A DNA stretch of 64,000 nt. It comes from Eledone cirrhosa. Taxonomy: Eukaryota. The notes under the pieces were generated by a model, which did not search any database, was not told the origin of the DNA, and was given only the letters and a program-made list of their open reading frames with translations. A program made the position numbers and the translations under genes. Location: contig OZ024757.1 in the NCBI GenBank assembly GCA_964016885.1, positions 13,454,001 through 13,518,000 of the forward strand. The letters are read 5' to 3'. Positions 13,141-26,410 of this stretch are shown here, one piece after another (positions within the stretch are counted from its first letter, which is position 1; each line of letters starts with the position of its first letter).

Positions 13141-13944
13141 TAGCATAAGGGACCATAACAATATGGCCACAAGCCATATTTTTATGGCCCAACATTTTCC
13201 CCAATACTCTCGAGTCTTCAACAATCGACCCCCCCCCCCCTCTCTATTCCAACATCGTTCCAGCTTATCAAATTTTGCTAATCTATCTCCTTACCATTCC
13301 TGCAACAATTAATTTCCTTCACACATTAAAAACCATTCTACATGACAAAAAAAGTACATTACTAGAAATCCCATACATTATAAAATAAATAGGATGGGTT
13401 GGGGATCTCTGCATGTAAACTAAACGACTAATTCTGGTTTTTAAAAATTTAAGGGAGACAACCTAGAAAAATTACCGCTTGATCAGTTACTTATTCTCAT
13501 AATGAGGTCAGTGGCAACATCTCATATGCTTTCTCAATCTGGATACCCTTCCTAACACCAACATTTTACATCATTCATTCAGCACCATTATTCTCTTTAG
13601 AGCATAGGCCATGACGACCTTCCACCATCGTACACGAGAGTATGTCTAATCCAGCTCCACTTCCCCTACAGAATCTGCTTTGCCACTGGTTCTTGTCCCA
13701 CTTGCTCCCACAGATCTTCGTTTCTGATCTTCTCTGGCCATACAGTGTACGGTTTCAGGGACATTGTCATGTATTTAACACAACTAAAGAGTCTTTTCTA
13801 CCATTTCTCAAGTTTTCTACAGATTGCCCCTTCCTAATACCAATCACTTTATATATTGCACAGGGTACATTTGAACATTGCAATAACACCAGGGATGCTG
13901 CCTTGTATTTGTCACAATAGAAGAATACTATAAATCTTTTGGCA

Positions 13945-14300
13945 AAGTAAGGGTGTTGGACTTACAGTCATAATGTTGTGGGTTTGAATCCTGAGCTGGG
14001 TTGTGTGTTGTGTTCTTGAGCAAAACTTCATTTCCCATTATCCAGTATACTCAGCTGAAAATGAGTACCAGCAATATGTTGGAGTTTAACCCTGCAATGG
14101 ACTGGTGTCCTGTCATGTCCAGGGGGAAATCTTGTACTCTCAGTCACTTCATGCCACAAAACCAGGATAAGCACTGGCCCAATGAGGCCCTGGGATTCAG
14201 ACGGAATTTAACCCTGCAATGGATTGGCATCCTATCCAGGGAGAAGTCTCGTACTCTTAGGTTCTTCATGCCACAAAACTGGGATAAGAACCTCCTGGCT
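13945..14300 (+). mobile_element. tRNA-derived SINE (second family)
   Basis: B-box-like GGTTTGAATCC followed by TTGAGCAAAAC...CAGCTGAAAATGAGTACCAGC; homologous to the copies at 25868 and 63280. Confidence 0.75.
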
Positions 14301-14447
14301 TGAGACAACCTTTAGATGAGACTTAGATCTACAGTGAAATGCCCTTTACAAAATCTACTGGGTCCTTATTATTGTGATAGCAGCACTAGAGGGACCTCCT
14401 GGTTGCTAACTTAATTGGAAGACTCTCCATATAACGTATGTGGTTAC

Positions 14448-14565
14448 CTCTTTAGTAAAAAATAATTGCCAGCCAGAATGCGTCCACGGACAACATTGTT
14501 AAAACCATGACGACGGGTCATAGCATAGAGTTGTTCTGTTGATTCCATTGTATCAGCTCTGTGAC
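14448..14565 (-). CDS. QRSL1: Internal exon of QRSL1/GatA
   Basis: Translation [39 protein letters not shown] matches the GatA motif (TRxxGFxxxVRGRILxGN). Acceptor tttacAG, donor AG|GTaac. Its 118 nt join the next exon in frame (AG+C = Ser). Confidence 0.93.
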
Positions 14566-14605
14566 CTGTAAAGATGAGCAATATAGAATGTACCCACACA
14601 CATAC

Positions 14606-14653
<48 letters not shown>

Positions 14654-14804
14654 GATTACATATATATATATATATATATACATAGATTACATATATATAC
14701 ATATATACATACATTACATATATATACATATATACATACATTACATATATATACATATATACATACATTACATATATATACATACTTTATATATATATAT
14801 TACA

Positions 14805-15194
14805 CCTCTCAAAGACAATGACACACGACCGTGACTTCTGGCGTCACGCAGTAATACAGAGTACCCGACCTCCCATGGGTACACGCTGAAGCATATAAAC
14901 AATATGCCCCCACACCCCCCACCGCAAGGTGGTCGTGGAGGTGCCACGGCAAAAAAGCACCCAGCCCACACTGTAAAGTGGACGTGTAAGCGCCACGAAA
15001 AAGCACCCAGCACTCACTGTAAATGAGGTTGGTGTTAGGAAGGGCATCCAGCTGTAGAAATCAAGCCAGATCAGTTCCTGTATGAGCAAGGCATGGTCAG
15101 CTGACCAGACAGTGCACACAACAGGACAACCCGTCTAACCCATGCTAGCGTGGAAGAACGGACGTAAAACGGTGATGATGATGATGATGATGAT
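14805..15194 (+). mobile_element. RTE LINE 3' end with (GAT)n tail
   Basis: Homologous to the 3' UTR at 39120-39579 and ends in gatgatgat. Confidence 0.8.
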
Positions 15195-15570
15195 ATCATC
15201 ATCATCGTTTAATGTCCATCCTCCACGCTAGCATGGGTTAGACGGGAGCTGTCCTACTTGAGGCAAGATTGGTCGGGTGCCATGTCTCGCTTGTATAGGA
15301 CTATATGGCAGGTTTTCTATGGCTGGATGCCCTTCCTAATACCAACCACATTTACAGTGGACTGGGAGTTTTTTACCGTGTTACCTACACTACCACATTA
15401 CAGTGTGGACTGTGTGTTTTTTGTCGTGACACCTACATGACCTCATTAGTTTGGACTGGATGTTGTGGTACCAACATAACATTACAGAGAAAGGATGGTG
15501 TTGGTGGGAGTTGGAGGATGGAGTAGGGGTGACAGATTCTGTTTCACGCTGTTGGCGATCCTCAGACCAT
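15195..15570 (-). mobile_element. RTE LINE 3' UTR, tail-to-tail with the previous copy
   Basis: Begins atcatcatcatcgtttaatgtcc, the reverse complement of the family 3' end. Confidence 0.8.
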
Positions 15571-15664
15571 CGTACTCCCTGCCTTTTATATATATATATT
15601 GGGCAGTGCCCCAACATGGCCTCAGCCGGATGGCTGAAATGGGTAAAAAGAGTATATATAATAA

Positions 15665-15830
15665 TTGTTTCTATTTTTAGCACAAGGCCAGCAATTATCC
15701 CAGTGTATTACTGGTACTTTATTTTATCGACACCGTAAGGATGAAAGGCAAAGTTAGCCTTGGCGGGATTTGAAGGGAGGTAACTCTATGCTATAAGGCA
15801 TGGCATCTAATCCTATACCGATACTGCCAA
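15665..15830 (-). mobile_element. tRNA-derived SINE
   Basis: Contains ACTGGTACTTTATTTTATCGAC...GGATGAAAGGCAAAGTT...GGCGGGATTTGAA, which is multi-copy in the window. Confidence 0.8.
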
Positions 15831-15846
15831 TTACAAGGACGAATGG

Positions 15847-15895
<49 letters not shown>

Positions 15896-15934
15896 CATAC
15901 ATACATACATACATATAAATTAATATACTATATA

Positions 15935-16430
15935 GAGAGTTATAAACTCAAACAGTCTTTTACAATTAAATAGCTCAAAGAAAGAGGTATTTCTGAGCCG
16001 TGAAATACAAAATAATATAAATTAATATATGATAAACACTAATACAATTATATAAGTGTTTGTATTGCAAATGACCAAGTTAGCTAGATTGTAAAAAAAA
16101 ACTAATTAAATTAATACAGTTTGCGCTGAAAAACCATGTGCGTTCAACACTTGTTTAGTTTATCAGTCCTCCTAAGTATTTTGAGGTGAAACATACCAAT
16201 TTTCTGGATACCTGCCGAAGAGCACAGAAATGGAATTTTTCACTCTTTCACTTATCGTTGCGAAACGAATTTGGGTTTTGAAATTTAAATTTGTCCAGGT
16301 ATCACGGCTATTGCCAATATGGGTTTGTTTTTATTGATTTATTATTTTAAATCGAGACAGGCAAACTGTATTAATTTAATTAGTATTTTTCAATCTAGGT
16401 AACTTGGTCATTTGCAATACAAACACTTAA
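15935..16430. mobile_element. Fold-back PLE-like remnant with a degenerate HHR-like core
   Basis: Inverted arms at ~16054-16124 and ~16341-16410. Internal CCGAAGA-gca...tgc-GAAAC at 16215-16266. Terminal segment shared with the 16605 and 28331 elements. Confidence 0.55.
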
Positions 16431-16546
16431 ATTAATATATATATATGGTGGCTGCCAACTCGTTTTCGAACCCCTACCAATGCGCTGAACGAGTGTGACT
16501 TTTTAGTCCAGCCAGCGACTTGAAAATATACATACATACATATAAA

Positions 16547-16593
<47 letters not shown>

Positions 16594-16604
16594 ATACATA
16601 CATA

Positions 16605-16822
16605 TCAAAGGCATGTATTGAGTTAGAAACTCAAAATGGTCTCTTAGAAAAAAATTAGCTCTAGGAAAGAGGTTTTTCCGAGCCGTATATTATAACTGAA
16701 CAAAAAAGAAAAACGAACACAGACATATACATATATGTGTTCAAATCTGGTCCATTACAATTTGAACACATATATGTATATGTCTGTGTTCGTTTTTCTT
16801 TTTTGTTTAGTTATATTATATC
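16605..16822. mobile_element. Short hairpin derivative of the 28331-28836 element
   Basis: AACAAAAAAGAAAAACGAACACAGACATATACATATATGTGTTCAAAT and its inverse flank a ~12-nt spacer. Confidence 0.7.
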
Positions 16823-17365
16823 TACAAATGTTCGGTGAATCCATACGTACATATATATATGTGTGCATGTATGTATATATATATATATACATACTACTGT
16901 ACGTCTGTATACATATATGTATGTACGTGTACATACTTATATTTAAGTAACAGCCGTACTAAGAGTGGGAAATGAAATTTCGTTTCATTTTTTCCGTTTA
17001 TCGATTTCGGTGCACCCGGCCGATTAACCCACTCGATATGCAAATTGGGCTTCTCACCTGTTAATATGAATAAGGTAAGTATATACGTTCAACAATCTGG
17101 CAGGAAGGTATACGTTGCTGACGATAGCTAATAAGCTTGAAACTAGTACAGCGTTCCTTTGTCAGTGTTGAACAAACGAGCAACGATGGTTGCTGGACAC
17201 TACGGCTTAATACGGGATGTTTGTTTACAAACACACCGAGCATTATAATAAATGTTCGGTGAATCCATACGTACATATATATATGTGTGCATGTATGTAT
17301 ATATATATACATACTACTGTAAGTCTGTATACATATATGTATGTACGTGTACATACTTATATTTA
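16823..17365 (+). mobile_element. ~425-bp non-coding, HHR-containing partial tandem repeat (retrozyme-like or PLE pLTR)
   Basis: Direct repeat 16825 to 17250, HHR at 17112, and near-identical to 42607-43478. Confidence 0.75.
17112..17154 (+). ncRNA. Minimal type I hammerhead ribozyme
   Basis: acgttg-CTGACGA-t-agct(aata)agct-t-GAAAC-ta-GTA-cagcgt. Stem I is acgttg/cagcgt and stem III is the palindrome ACTAGT. Confidence 0.75.
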
Positions 17366-17409
17366 ATATATATATATATATATACATACATATATATATA
17401 TATAAATTA

Positions 17410-17464
<55 letters not shown>

Positions 17465-17505
17465 AATTAATATATATATATATAAATTAATATATATATA
17501 TATAT

Positions 17506-18100
17506 AGTAGCAGCAAGTGCCCACTGAATACTAGCTCTTTCAACTGCGCAGAGGGTTCTGTAGAAATAGTGGACAGCTTCCGTTACCTGGGTGACAAAAT
17601 CAGCAGTGGGGGAGGGTGCTCTGAAAGTACAGTAGCTAGAGTCAGAACTGGATGGAAAAAGTTCAGAGAGCTTATACCACTATTAGCCGCTAAAGGGTTC
17701 TCCCTAAAAGTGAAAGGCAGGTTGTACGATGCCTGCATACGAACAGCAATGTTGCATGGCAGTGAGACCTGGGCATTGTGTGCAGAGGATATATGCAGAC
17801 TAGAGAGAAACGAAGCTTGCATGCTCCGCTGGATGTGTAATAGTAATATACGTGAACGGCAAAGCATAAACGAACTAAGGAAAACATTAGAAATAAGAGG
17901 GATCAGATGTTGTTTACTCGAGAGAAGGCTACGTTGGTATGGTCACGTGATGCGCATGAAGGACGATAGCTGTATAACAAAGTGCAGGGCAGTAAAGATA
18001 GACGGTAGCCATGGAATAGGCAGACCCAGAAAAACCTGGGACGACCTGATAAATTCCGACCTCACACACTTACACCTCTCCAAGACAATGTCACTGGACC
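17506..18100 (+). mobile_element. RTE LINE RT C-terminal fragment
   Basis: ORF 17569-18111 contains FRYLG...MLHGSETW...RLRWYGHVMR...GRPRKTW. Confidence 0.92.
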
Positions 18101-18323
18101 ACATGGATTGAACCACAAAATTACTAAGACAAAACCTATATATTTGCTAGCATAGGTATGCATCTGTATATATATGTTAGTAGATATACTAATTCTTTAT
18201 AATTATATATATATACACATACATATATATATATATAAATTAATAATTATATATATATATATATACATACATATATATATATAAATTAATATATATATAT
18301 ATATATATACATATATATATAAA

Positions 18324-18359
<36 letters not shown>

Positions 18360-18384
18360 TATATATATATATATATATATATAT

Positions 18385-18660
18385 AGCGGCGGTGAATTAG
18401 TTTTGCGAGGTTTATATGAAATATACTTGGGGAGGGTCATATTTGTGTAATATTGCCAGAATTAATAACAGAACACACTCACTGTTTGGTTGGTTTTCGC
18501 TTCTCGCTTCTGTGTCTTTTATATCGGTAATCTAACTTACTCGGTCCTCAATGTTGCCATTGACACAGAAGCAAGAAGCGAGAACCAACCAAAGAGTGAG
18601 TGTGTTCTGTTATTAATTCTGGCAATATTACACAAATATGACCCTCCCCAAGTATAACAA
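18385..18660. mobile_element. Hairpin-only pLTR end of the 29847-30883 PLE family
   Basis: TTGGGGAGGGTCATATTTG...AGAACACACTC is present in both orientations, and the terminus matches 30850-30883. Confidence 0.75.
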
Positions 18661-18687
18661 TATATATATATATATATATATATCTAT

Positions 18688-21600
18688 ATCATCATCATCA
18701 TTTAACGTCCATATTCCACGCTCGCATGGGTTTGGACAGGAGTTTTCCCACTTGAAGCAAGAGTGGTTGTCTTGCTTGCATAGGAATGTCTGGCGGGTTT
18801 TCTACGGCTGGATGCCTTTCCTAACACCAACCACATTTACAGTGTGGAACTGGGAGGTTTTTACCGTGTTACCTACATGGCCACATTACAGCGTGGACTG
18901 TGTTTTTTTGTCGTGACACCTACACGACCTCGTTTGTTTCGGGCTGGATGTTGTGGTACCGACATAACTTTACATTGAAAGGGGTGGTGTGGATGGGGTG
19001 GGGGTAATGGGACGGGGGTGTATTTTGTTCGAGGTGCCTACTAACTGTAGTAGGTTTCATTTTGCACTTAGGTAAGGCGGGTCTTCTCTATTACTGTGTA
19101 GCGCCAAAGATCTCGGTCCAGTAACATTGTCTTGGAGAGGTGTAAGTGTGTGAGGTCGGAATTTATCAAATCGTCCCAGGTTTTTCTGGGTCTGCCTACT
19201 CCGTGATTACCGTCTATTTTTATTGCCCTGCACCTTTTTATACGGCTGTCGTCTTTCATGCGCATCACGTGACCATACCAACGTAGTCTTCTCTCGAGTA
19301 AACAGCATCTGATCCCTCTTATTTCTAATTTCTCCTTTAGTTCGCTTATGCTTTGCCGTTCACGTATATTACTATTACACATCCAGCGGAGCATGCAAGC
19401 TTCATTTCTCTCCAGTCTGCGTATATCCTCTGCACACAATGCCCAGGTCTCACTGCCATGTAACATTGCTGTTCGTATCAGGCATCATACAGCCTGCTTT
19501 TAATTTTAGAGAGAACCCTTTAGCGGCCAATAGTGGTATAAGCTCTCTGAGCTTTTTCCATCCCGTTCTGACTCTAGCTATTGTACTTTCAGAGCACCCT
19601 CCCCCACCGCTGATTTTGTCATCCAGGTAACGGAAGCTGTCCACTATTTCTATAGAACCATCTGTGCAATGGAATGAGTTAGAATTCTTTGGGCACTTGC
19701 TGCTACTTATTGCACCAGAGCACCGGCCACATATAAAATCTATTCTTAGTTAGCTTACCTGTGATCCACCTACATCTTTTATGTACCTATACTTTGCATT
19801 TGGGACATAAAATGGAGTTTCTACCTACTCCTTTCCTACACACTGAGCATGGCCATTTCCCAGATGGGACCGGTGCCCTATTTTCCTTCCTACAAACTAG
19901 AACTTTAGTTTAGACAAGTTAACTTTAAGGCCTTTTGATTCTAGGCCATGCTTCCATGTTTGGAATTTCTTCTCTAGTTCAGCCATTGATTCAGCTATGA
20001 GCGTTAGATCATCTGCATATAGGAGTTCCCATGGGCAGCCGGTCTTGAACTCCTCTGTTATAGCCTGAAGGGCAATAATAATTAGTAGGGGGCTAAGAAC
20101 GGAGCCCTGATGAACACCAACTTTTATGCTAAACTCTTCACTATATTCGTTGTTAATTCTAACCTTGCTGACTGTTTCTTTATACATGGCTTCATCAATA
20201 CCTAGTTTTCTAAGGGCCCACCAGATAATCGAACGGGGTACTCTGTCAAAGGCTTTCTCCAAGTCAACAAAAGCTAAGTATAGGGGTTTACTTTTAGCTA
20301 GGTACTTCTCCTGTAGTTGTCGTACAATGAAAAGAGCGTCTGTTGTACCTTTACCTGACACAAACCCGAACTGCATTTCGTATAGATCAATTAGCTCTCT
20401 GATTAGTTCCGCTATTACTTTTTCTGTGACCTTCATGACCTGGTCAATTAATTTAATGCATCTATAGTTTCCCCTATCTAGGGCATCACCTTTACCCTTG
20501 TAGCAGTTAATGATGATGCTGCTGCGCCAGTCCTTCAGAACGACCCCATTCTGTATGACTTGGTTTACTATCTGGGTGACCATATTGGTTTACTATCTGG
20601 GTGACCGTTCCAGATGCTTTCAGCATTTCGGCAATCTCACGTATTTGGTCCTCGCATTGTAGAACATGCTTGAACTTTCTTTCCTCTGCTTCCCTTCTTG
20701 CGAAGTACACTTCCCTCCTGGCCACTTGATAGTCTTCTCTACTTCCCCCATCCCGCCATGCTTTCCAAGCCTGCTTTTTGGCCTTGATTGACCTCTCCAC
20801 CTTACTGTTCCACCACCAAGTTACTCTCCTCCTGTCTATAGGCCTGCTCCAGCCACAGGTTTCATCTGTCGCCTTCAGCAGGTTAGCTTTCAGGAATTCC
20901 CACTGTTCCTCTATATAGTACGACTCTAATTGCTCTTCCTTACTATCAAAAGCATCAATATGCTTTTAAATTTATGACTGGCTGTGGGGTCCTTTAATTT
21001 CCATATTTTTCTCCTGAGGATAGTCCTCTTCTGTTGTCGAAAACGTCTCGTCCTGACTATGAGGTTGCTAATTATGAGTCTATGTTGAGACGTGCATTCT
21101 TCATGGGGGAGGGATTTAGTGTTTACAATAGACACTCTGTCACGTCTTCTAGTAAGGATATAATCTACCTGGCTTGTGTGTTCCCCCGATCTATAGGTGA
21201 TCAAGTGATTGTCTCGTTTTTTGAAGTTAGTGTTACAGATAGTTAGGTTATTTGCGTCACAGAATTCTAGGATTCTGGAGCCTTCCTCATTTCTAGTACC
21301 AAACCCATAGCCTCCATGGATTCCGTCATAGCCGTCACAATGTTGTCCAACAGGACCATTTAGGTCACCAGCAATAATTATGTAGTCACTGTCGGTTATT
21401 TGGGAGGTAGTGAGCATTAGTGTCTCATAGAATCTGTCTTTTATAGTGCCGGGCAGTCCGGATTGGGGTGCGTCCGTAGATATTACTGTCACCGTAGATC
21501 TATTGAGAATAAGTCTTATTTTAATTATTCTGTCGTTCACTCTATTTACGTCTATTATCTTATCTGCCCACTTTTCTGCTACCATGATTCCTACTCCACC

Positions 21601-22812
21601 CAGCCCATTTTCATTTCCCACCCAGAAAAGCTTATAGCATCGTTCTTTACCCCTGATGAATCTAGCAGACCCACCCCTACACCTGGTCTCTTGAATACAA
21701 CAAACATCGACCACCTTATGTTCAAGTATTTCTACAACCTCGTTAGAGCGACCCTTTAAGGTGCCTACATTCATGGTACCAACTCTGAAGTTTTGGATTG
21801 CGTTTGGAGGGTGGGAGCGGTGGGGAGTGGGGGGGGGGATGGGGGAGATGGGTTATGTTAGCCATCCGCGGCCGAAACAAAGAGGAGGAGCCCTTGCATT
21901 CTCGTCCATGAGGTGAATTTGTTTTTATGTATGTATATATATATATGTATGCATATGTGTGTGTATGTATGTATATATGAGTGTATATGTATATATGTGT
22001 ATATGTATGTGGGAGCGGTGGGGTGCAGGGGGGGGGGGAGATGGGGTTATGTTAACCATCCGCGGCCGAAACGAGGAGGAATCCTTACATTCTCGTCCGG
22101 CAGCATGAGGTGAATTTGTCTTTATCTTTGGCATTGTCACTGAGCGTCCAGATTTTTTTTTTTTCTTTTCAACTCTCCAGAATTCCGTAGTCCATCCATC
22201 ATATCGAAAGGCAACCAGGTAAGCGATAGCATAGGCCGCTGACTTATGATTGGCCCACGTAATAATGCTGGTGCGTGGGGGCGGGTGGGAGGGATATTGG
22301 GTAGTTAGCGAGAAGGTTAAGGTTTAAATAAGATCCCCGTATTTGGGGCATAATTTAACAAGCATAAAACAATAATACAAGATTTGTTTTGAAAAATACG
22401 CTAGAATTATCGAATAGAAAAGCAAAGATTGGATTCGGGGAGAAATGATACAGAATGATGAATGGACTAAGGAATTAAAATGGTGAGAAGAGTGAAGAAA
22501 TATCATTACACCATGATAGCAGCCTATCCTGAATAGGGTTGGTGATTTTTGAGGTTTCGTACTTGCAGGATTTATTTTATATTTGGAGAGAGGGGAAGGG
22601 ATTGGCGGCGAACCAGCATGATATGGGGGGGGGGGGAGATAGGAGGGAGCAGAGGTTAAGAATTTAAATAAAGTCCTCGAATTTGGGGCATAATTTAGCC
22701 AGCATAACAAAATATATTTAAAAATATATAAGAAGTTTTGTTTTGAGAAATACGCTAGAATTATCGAATAGAAAAGCAAAGATTGGATTTGGGGAGAAAT
22801 GATACAGAATGA
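18688..22812 (-). mobile_element. Near-full-length, decayed RTE-clade LINE (APE + RT)
   Basis: APE motifs NVGTL, CIQET, AGDLNG, SQVDYIL. RT motifs [23 protein letters not shown]. (ATC)n tail at 18688. Contains frameshifts and an internal deletion. Confidence 0.95.
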
Positions 22813-22833
22813 TATATATATATATATATATAT

Positions 22834-22866
<33 letters not shown>

Positions 22867-22897
22867 AATTAATATATATATATATACATACATATAT

Positions 22898-23148
22898 CAT
22901 CATCATCATCATCGTTTAACGTCCGTGTTCCACGCTTGCATGGGTTTGGACGGGGGTTTTCCCACTTGAGGCAAGAGTGATTGTCTTGCTCGCATAGGAC
23001 TATCTGGCAGGTTTTCTACAGTTGGATGCCCTTCCTAACACCAACCACATTTACAGTGTGGGTCTGGGAGGTTTTTACCGTGTTGCCTACACGGCCACAT
23101 TACAGCGTGGACTGTGTGTTTTTTTGTCGTGACACCTACACGATCTCA
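22898..23148 (-). mobile_element. RTE LINE 3' UTR fragment
   Basis: (CAT)n tail plus the family 3' UTR. Confidence 0.85.
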
Positions 23149-23460
23149 TTAAATTAATATATATATATATATATAAATATATATATATATACATATATAT
23201 ATACATATATAAATATATATATATATATATAAATATATATATATATACATATATATATACATATATAAATATATATATATATACATATATATATACATAT
23301 ATAAATATATATATACATATATAAATATATATATATATACATATATATATACATATATAAATATATATATATATACATATATATATACATATATAAATAT
23401 ATATATATATACATATATATATACATATATAAATATATATATATATACATATATATATAC

Positions 23461-23505
<45 letters not shown>

Positions 23506-23510
23506 TATAT

Positions 23511-23549
<39 letters not shown>

Positions 23550-23576
23550 TATACATATATATATATACATATATAA

Positions 23577-23633
<57 letters not shown>

Positions 23634-23638
<5 letters not shown>

Positions 23639-25835
23639 TCTGGGTGGGAAATGAAAATGGGCTGGATGGAGAAGTGGGTCAGTAATGATGATGGTGTACT
23701 TGCCCTCACTGACGCTGATAAGAAGGTAGGTTGGAAGTGTCACTACGAGAGGCTACTAAATGAGGAGAATAAGTGTGAAAAAGATAGTCCGCCCCAAATC
23801 GATCCAATAGAGCGATCAGCAGTGCAAGTTGAAGGTAATATAATAAGTAAGGCAATCAAAGAAGGCAAAGCAGCTGGGCCTTCGGAGATAGTTGCTGAAA
23901 TGCTGAAAGCATCTGGATCGGTGGGACACACCATGGTCTCCCGGATAGTAAACCAAGTCATACAGAATGGGGTCATACCAAATGACTGGCGTAGCAGCAT
24001 CATCATTAACTGCTACAAGGGTAAAGGAGATGCCCTAGACAGGGGAAACTATAACGGCATTAAATTAATTGACCAGGTGATGAAGGTCACAGAAAAAGTT
24101 ATAGCACAACTAATCAGAGAGCGAATTGATCTAGATGAAATGCAGTTTGGGTTTGTGTATGGTAAAAGTACCACAGACGTTCTTTTCCTTGTACGACAAC
24201 TACAGGAGACGTATCTAGCTAAAAGTAAACCCCTCTACTTAGCTTTTGTTGACTTGGAGAAAGCCTTTGACAGAGTCCCCCGCTCTATTATCTGGTGGGC
24301 TCTCAGAAAACTAGGTGTTGATGAATGGCTCATGAGAGCTATACAAGCCATGTTAGAATTAACAACGAATATAGTGAAGAATTTAGTGTAAAAGTCGGTG
24401 TTCATCAAGGCTCTCTCCTTAGGCCCCTCCTATTTATTATTGCCCCTCAGGCTATAACAGAGGAGTTCAAGACCGGCTGCCCATGGAAACTTCTATACGG
24501 AGATGATTTAACGCTCATAGCTGAATCAATGGCTGAACTAGAGAAGAAATTCCAAACATGGAAGCATGGCCTAGAATCAAAAGGCCTTAAAATTAACTTT
24601 TCTAAGACTAAAGTTCTAGTATGTAGGAAGGAAAATAGGCACTGGTCCCCTCTTGGAAATGGCCATACTTAGTGTGTAGGAAAGGACTAGGCAGAAACTC
24701 CATTTTATGTCCCAAATGCAAAGTATGGGTGCATAAAAGATGTAGTGGGATCACAGGTAAACTAAACAAGAACATAGATTTTATATGTGGCCAGTGCTCA
24801 GGTGCAATAAGTAGTAGCAAGTGCCCACAGGATACTAGCTCCTTCCATTGCCCAGATGTTCTATAGAAATAGTGAACACCTTCCATTACCTGGGTGAGAA
24901 AATCAGCAGTGGTGGTGGGTGCTCTGAAAGTACAGTAGCTAGAGTCCGAACGGGATGGAAAAAGTTCAGAGAGCTTATACCACTAGTGGCTGCTAAAGGT
25001 TTCTCCCTAAAAATGAAAGGCAGACTGTATGATGCCTGCATACAAACAGCAATGTTACATGGCAGTGAGACATGGGTATTGTGTGTAGAGGATCTGCGCA
25101 GACTGGAGAGGAACGAAGCTTGCATGCTCCATTGGATGTGTAATAGTAATATACGTGAACGGCAAAGCATAAATGAACTAAGTGAGAAATTGGGAATAAG
25201 AGGGATCAGATGCTGTTTACTCAAGAGAAGACTACATTGGTATGGTCACGTGATGCGCATGAAAGACGACAGCTGTATAAAAAAGTGCAGGGCGATCAAC
25301 ATAGATGGGAGCTATGGAGTAGGTAGACCCAGAAAAATGTGGGACGATTTGATAAATTCCGACCTTACACACTTACACCTCTCCAAGACAATGTCACTGG
25401 ACGGAGATCTTTGACGCTACGCAGTAATACAGAAGACCCGCCTTGCCTAAGTACAACGTGAAACCTACAGTCAGTAGGCACCTCCTAACCAAAAATACAC
25501 CCCCATCCCACTACCCTTACCCCCACCCCCATCTACACCTAAAGTTATGTTGGTGTCACAACATCCAGTCCTAAATAAATGAGGTTGTGTAGGTGTCACG
25601 ACAAAAAGAACACAGTCCACGCTGTAATGTGGCCATATTGGTAACACGGTAAAAACCTCCCAGTCTATACTGTAAACGTGATTGGTGTTAGGAAGCGCAT
25701 CCAGCCATAGAAAACCCGCCAGACAGTCCTATATGAGCAAGACAACCAATCTTACCTAACGTGGGACAATTCCTGTCTAAACCCATGCAAGCGTGGAAGA
25801 TAGACGTTAAACGATGATGATGAAGATGATGATGA
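23634..25835 (+). mobile_element. 5'-truncated, internally deleted RTE LINE
   Basis: RT ORFs 23651-25414 carry [13 protein letters not shown] and the Cys-rich CPKCKVWVHKRC; ends in a (GAT)n tail. Confidence 0.95.
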
Positions 25836-25867
25836 TATATATACATATATATATATATATAAATTGT

Positions 25868-26110
25868 GAAGGCCCATGGCTTAGTGGTTAGAGCATTGGG
25901 CTTGCAATCAAAAGGTTGTGAGTTCAATTCTTGGATCGGGTATTGTGTTGTTTCCTTGAGCAAGACACTTTATTTCACGTTGCTCCAGTTTTCTCAGCAG
26001 TAGAAATGAGTACCAGCCTGCCTGCCCAGCCAGTGGGATGGCATTATCTTATGGCTAAAACAGCACGACGTGCTGTGACCAGCGGTGCTGATTGGCGCCC
26101 GACAGACTGG
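25868..26110 (+). mobile_element. tRNA-derived SINE
   Basis: A-box TGGCTTAGTGG and B-box GTTCAATTC, then CCTTGAGCAAGACACTTTATTTCAC...AAATGAGTACCAGC. Confidence 0.85.
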
Positions 26111-26139
26111 TCGGTCAAGGTGATATATATAAATTAATG

Positions 26140-26351
26140 CTCACCGACAACCAGAGTTGACATTGCACTCAGTGCTCCTGTGGGAGCCCCTACATGGACA
26201 CACTGGAAGAGGAAGACCAAGGTTAACGTATGTTGATACCCTAAGGACAGACACTGGTCTGTTGGAGACGCAGGACATAGCAGCGATAATGAGGGACAGA
26301 GACTGCTGGAGAGAACTCGTCCATGGATCTCGGGAATTTTACCCGCCCTAG
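26140..26351 (+). mobile_element. 3' coding end of a second RTE-like LINE family
   Basis: VLLWEPLHGHTGRGRPRLTYVDTL...MRDRDCWR; a second copy is at 35611-35770. Confidence 0.75.
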
Positions 26352-26410
26352 AGAGATAGATATATATATACATATATATATATAAATTAATATATATACA
26401 TATATATATA

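Noticed and set aside
23087-23743. Long Ile/Tyr ORFs (also at 34.7, 43.4, 48.2 and 62.8 kb)
   Set aside because: Translations of (TA)n microsatellites.
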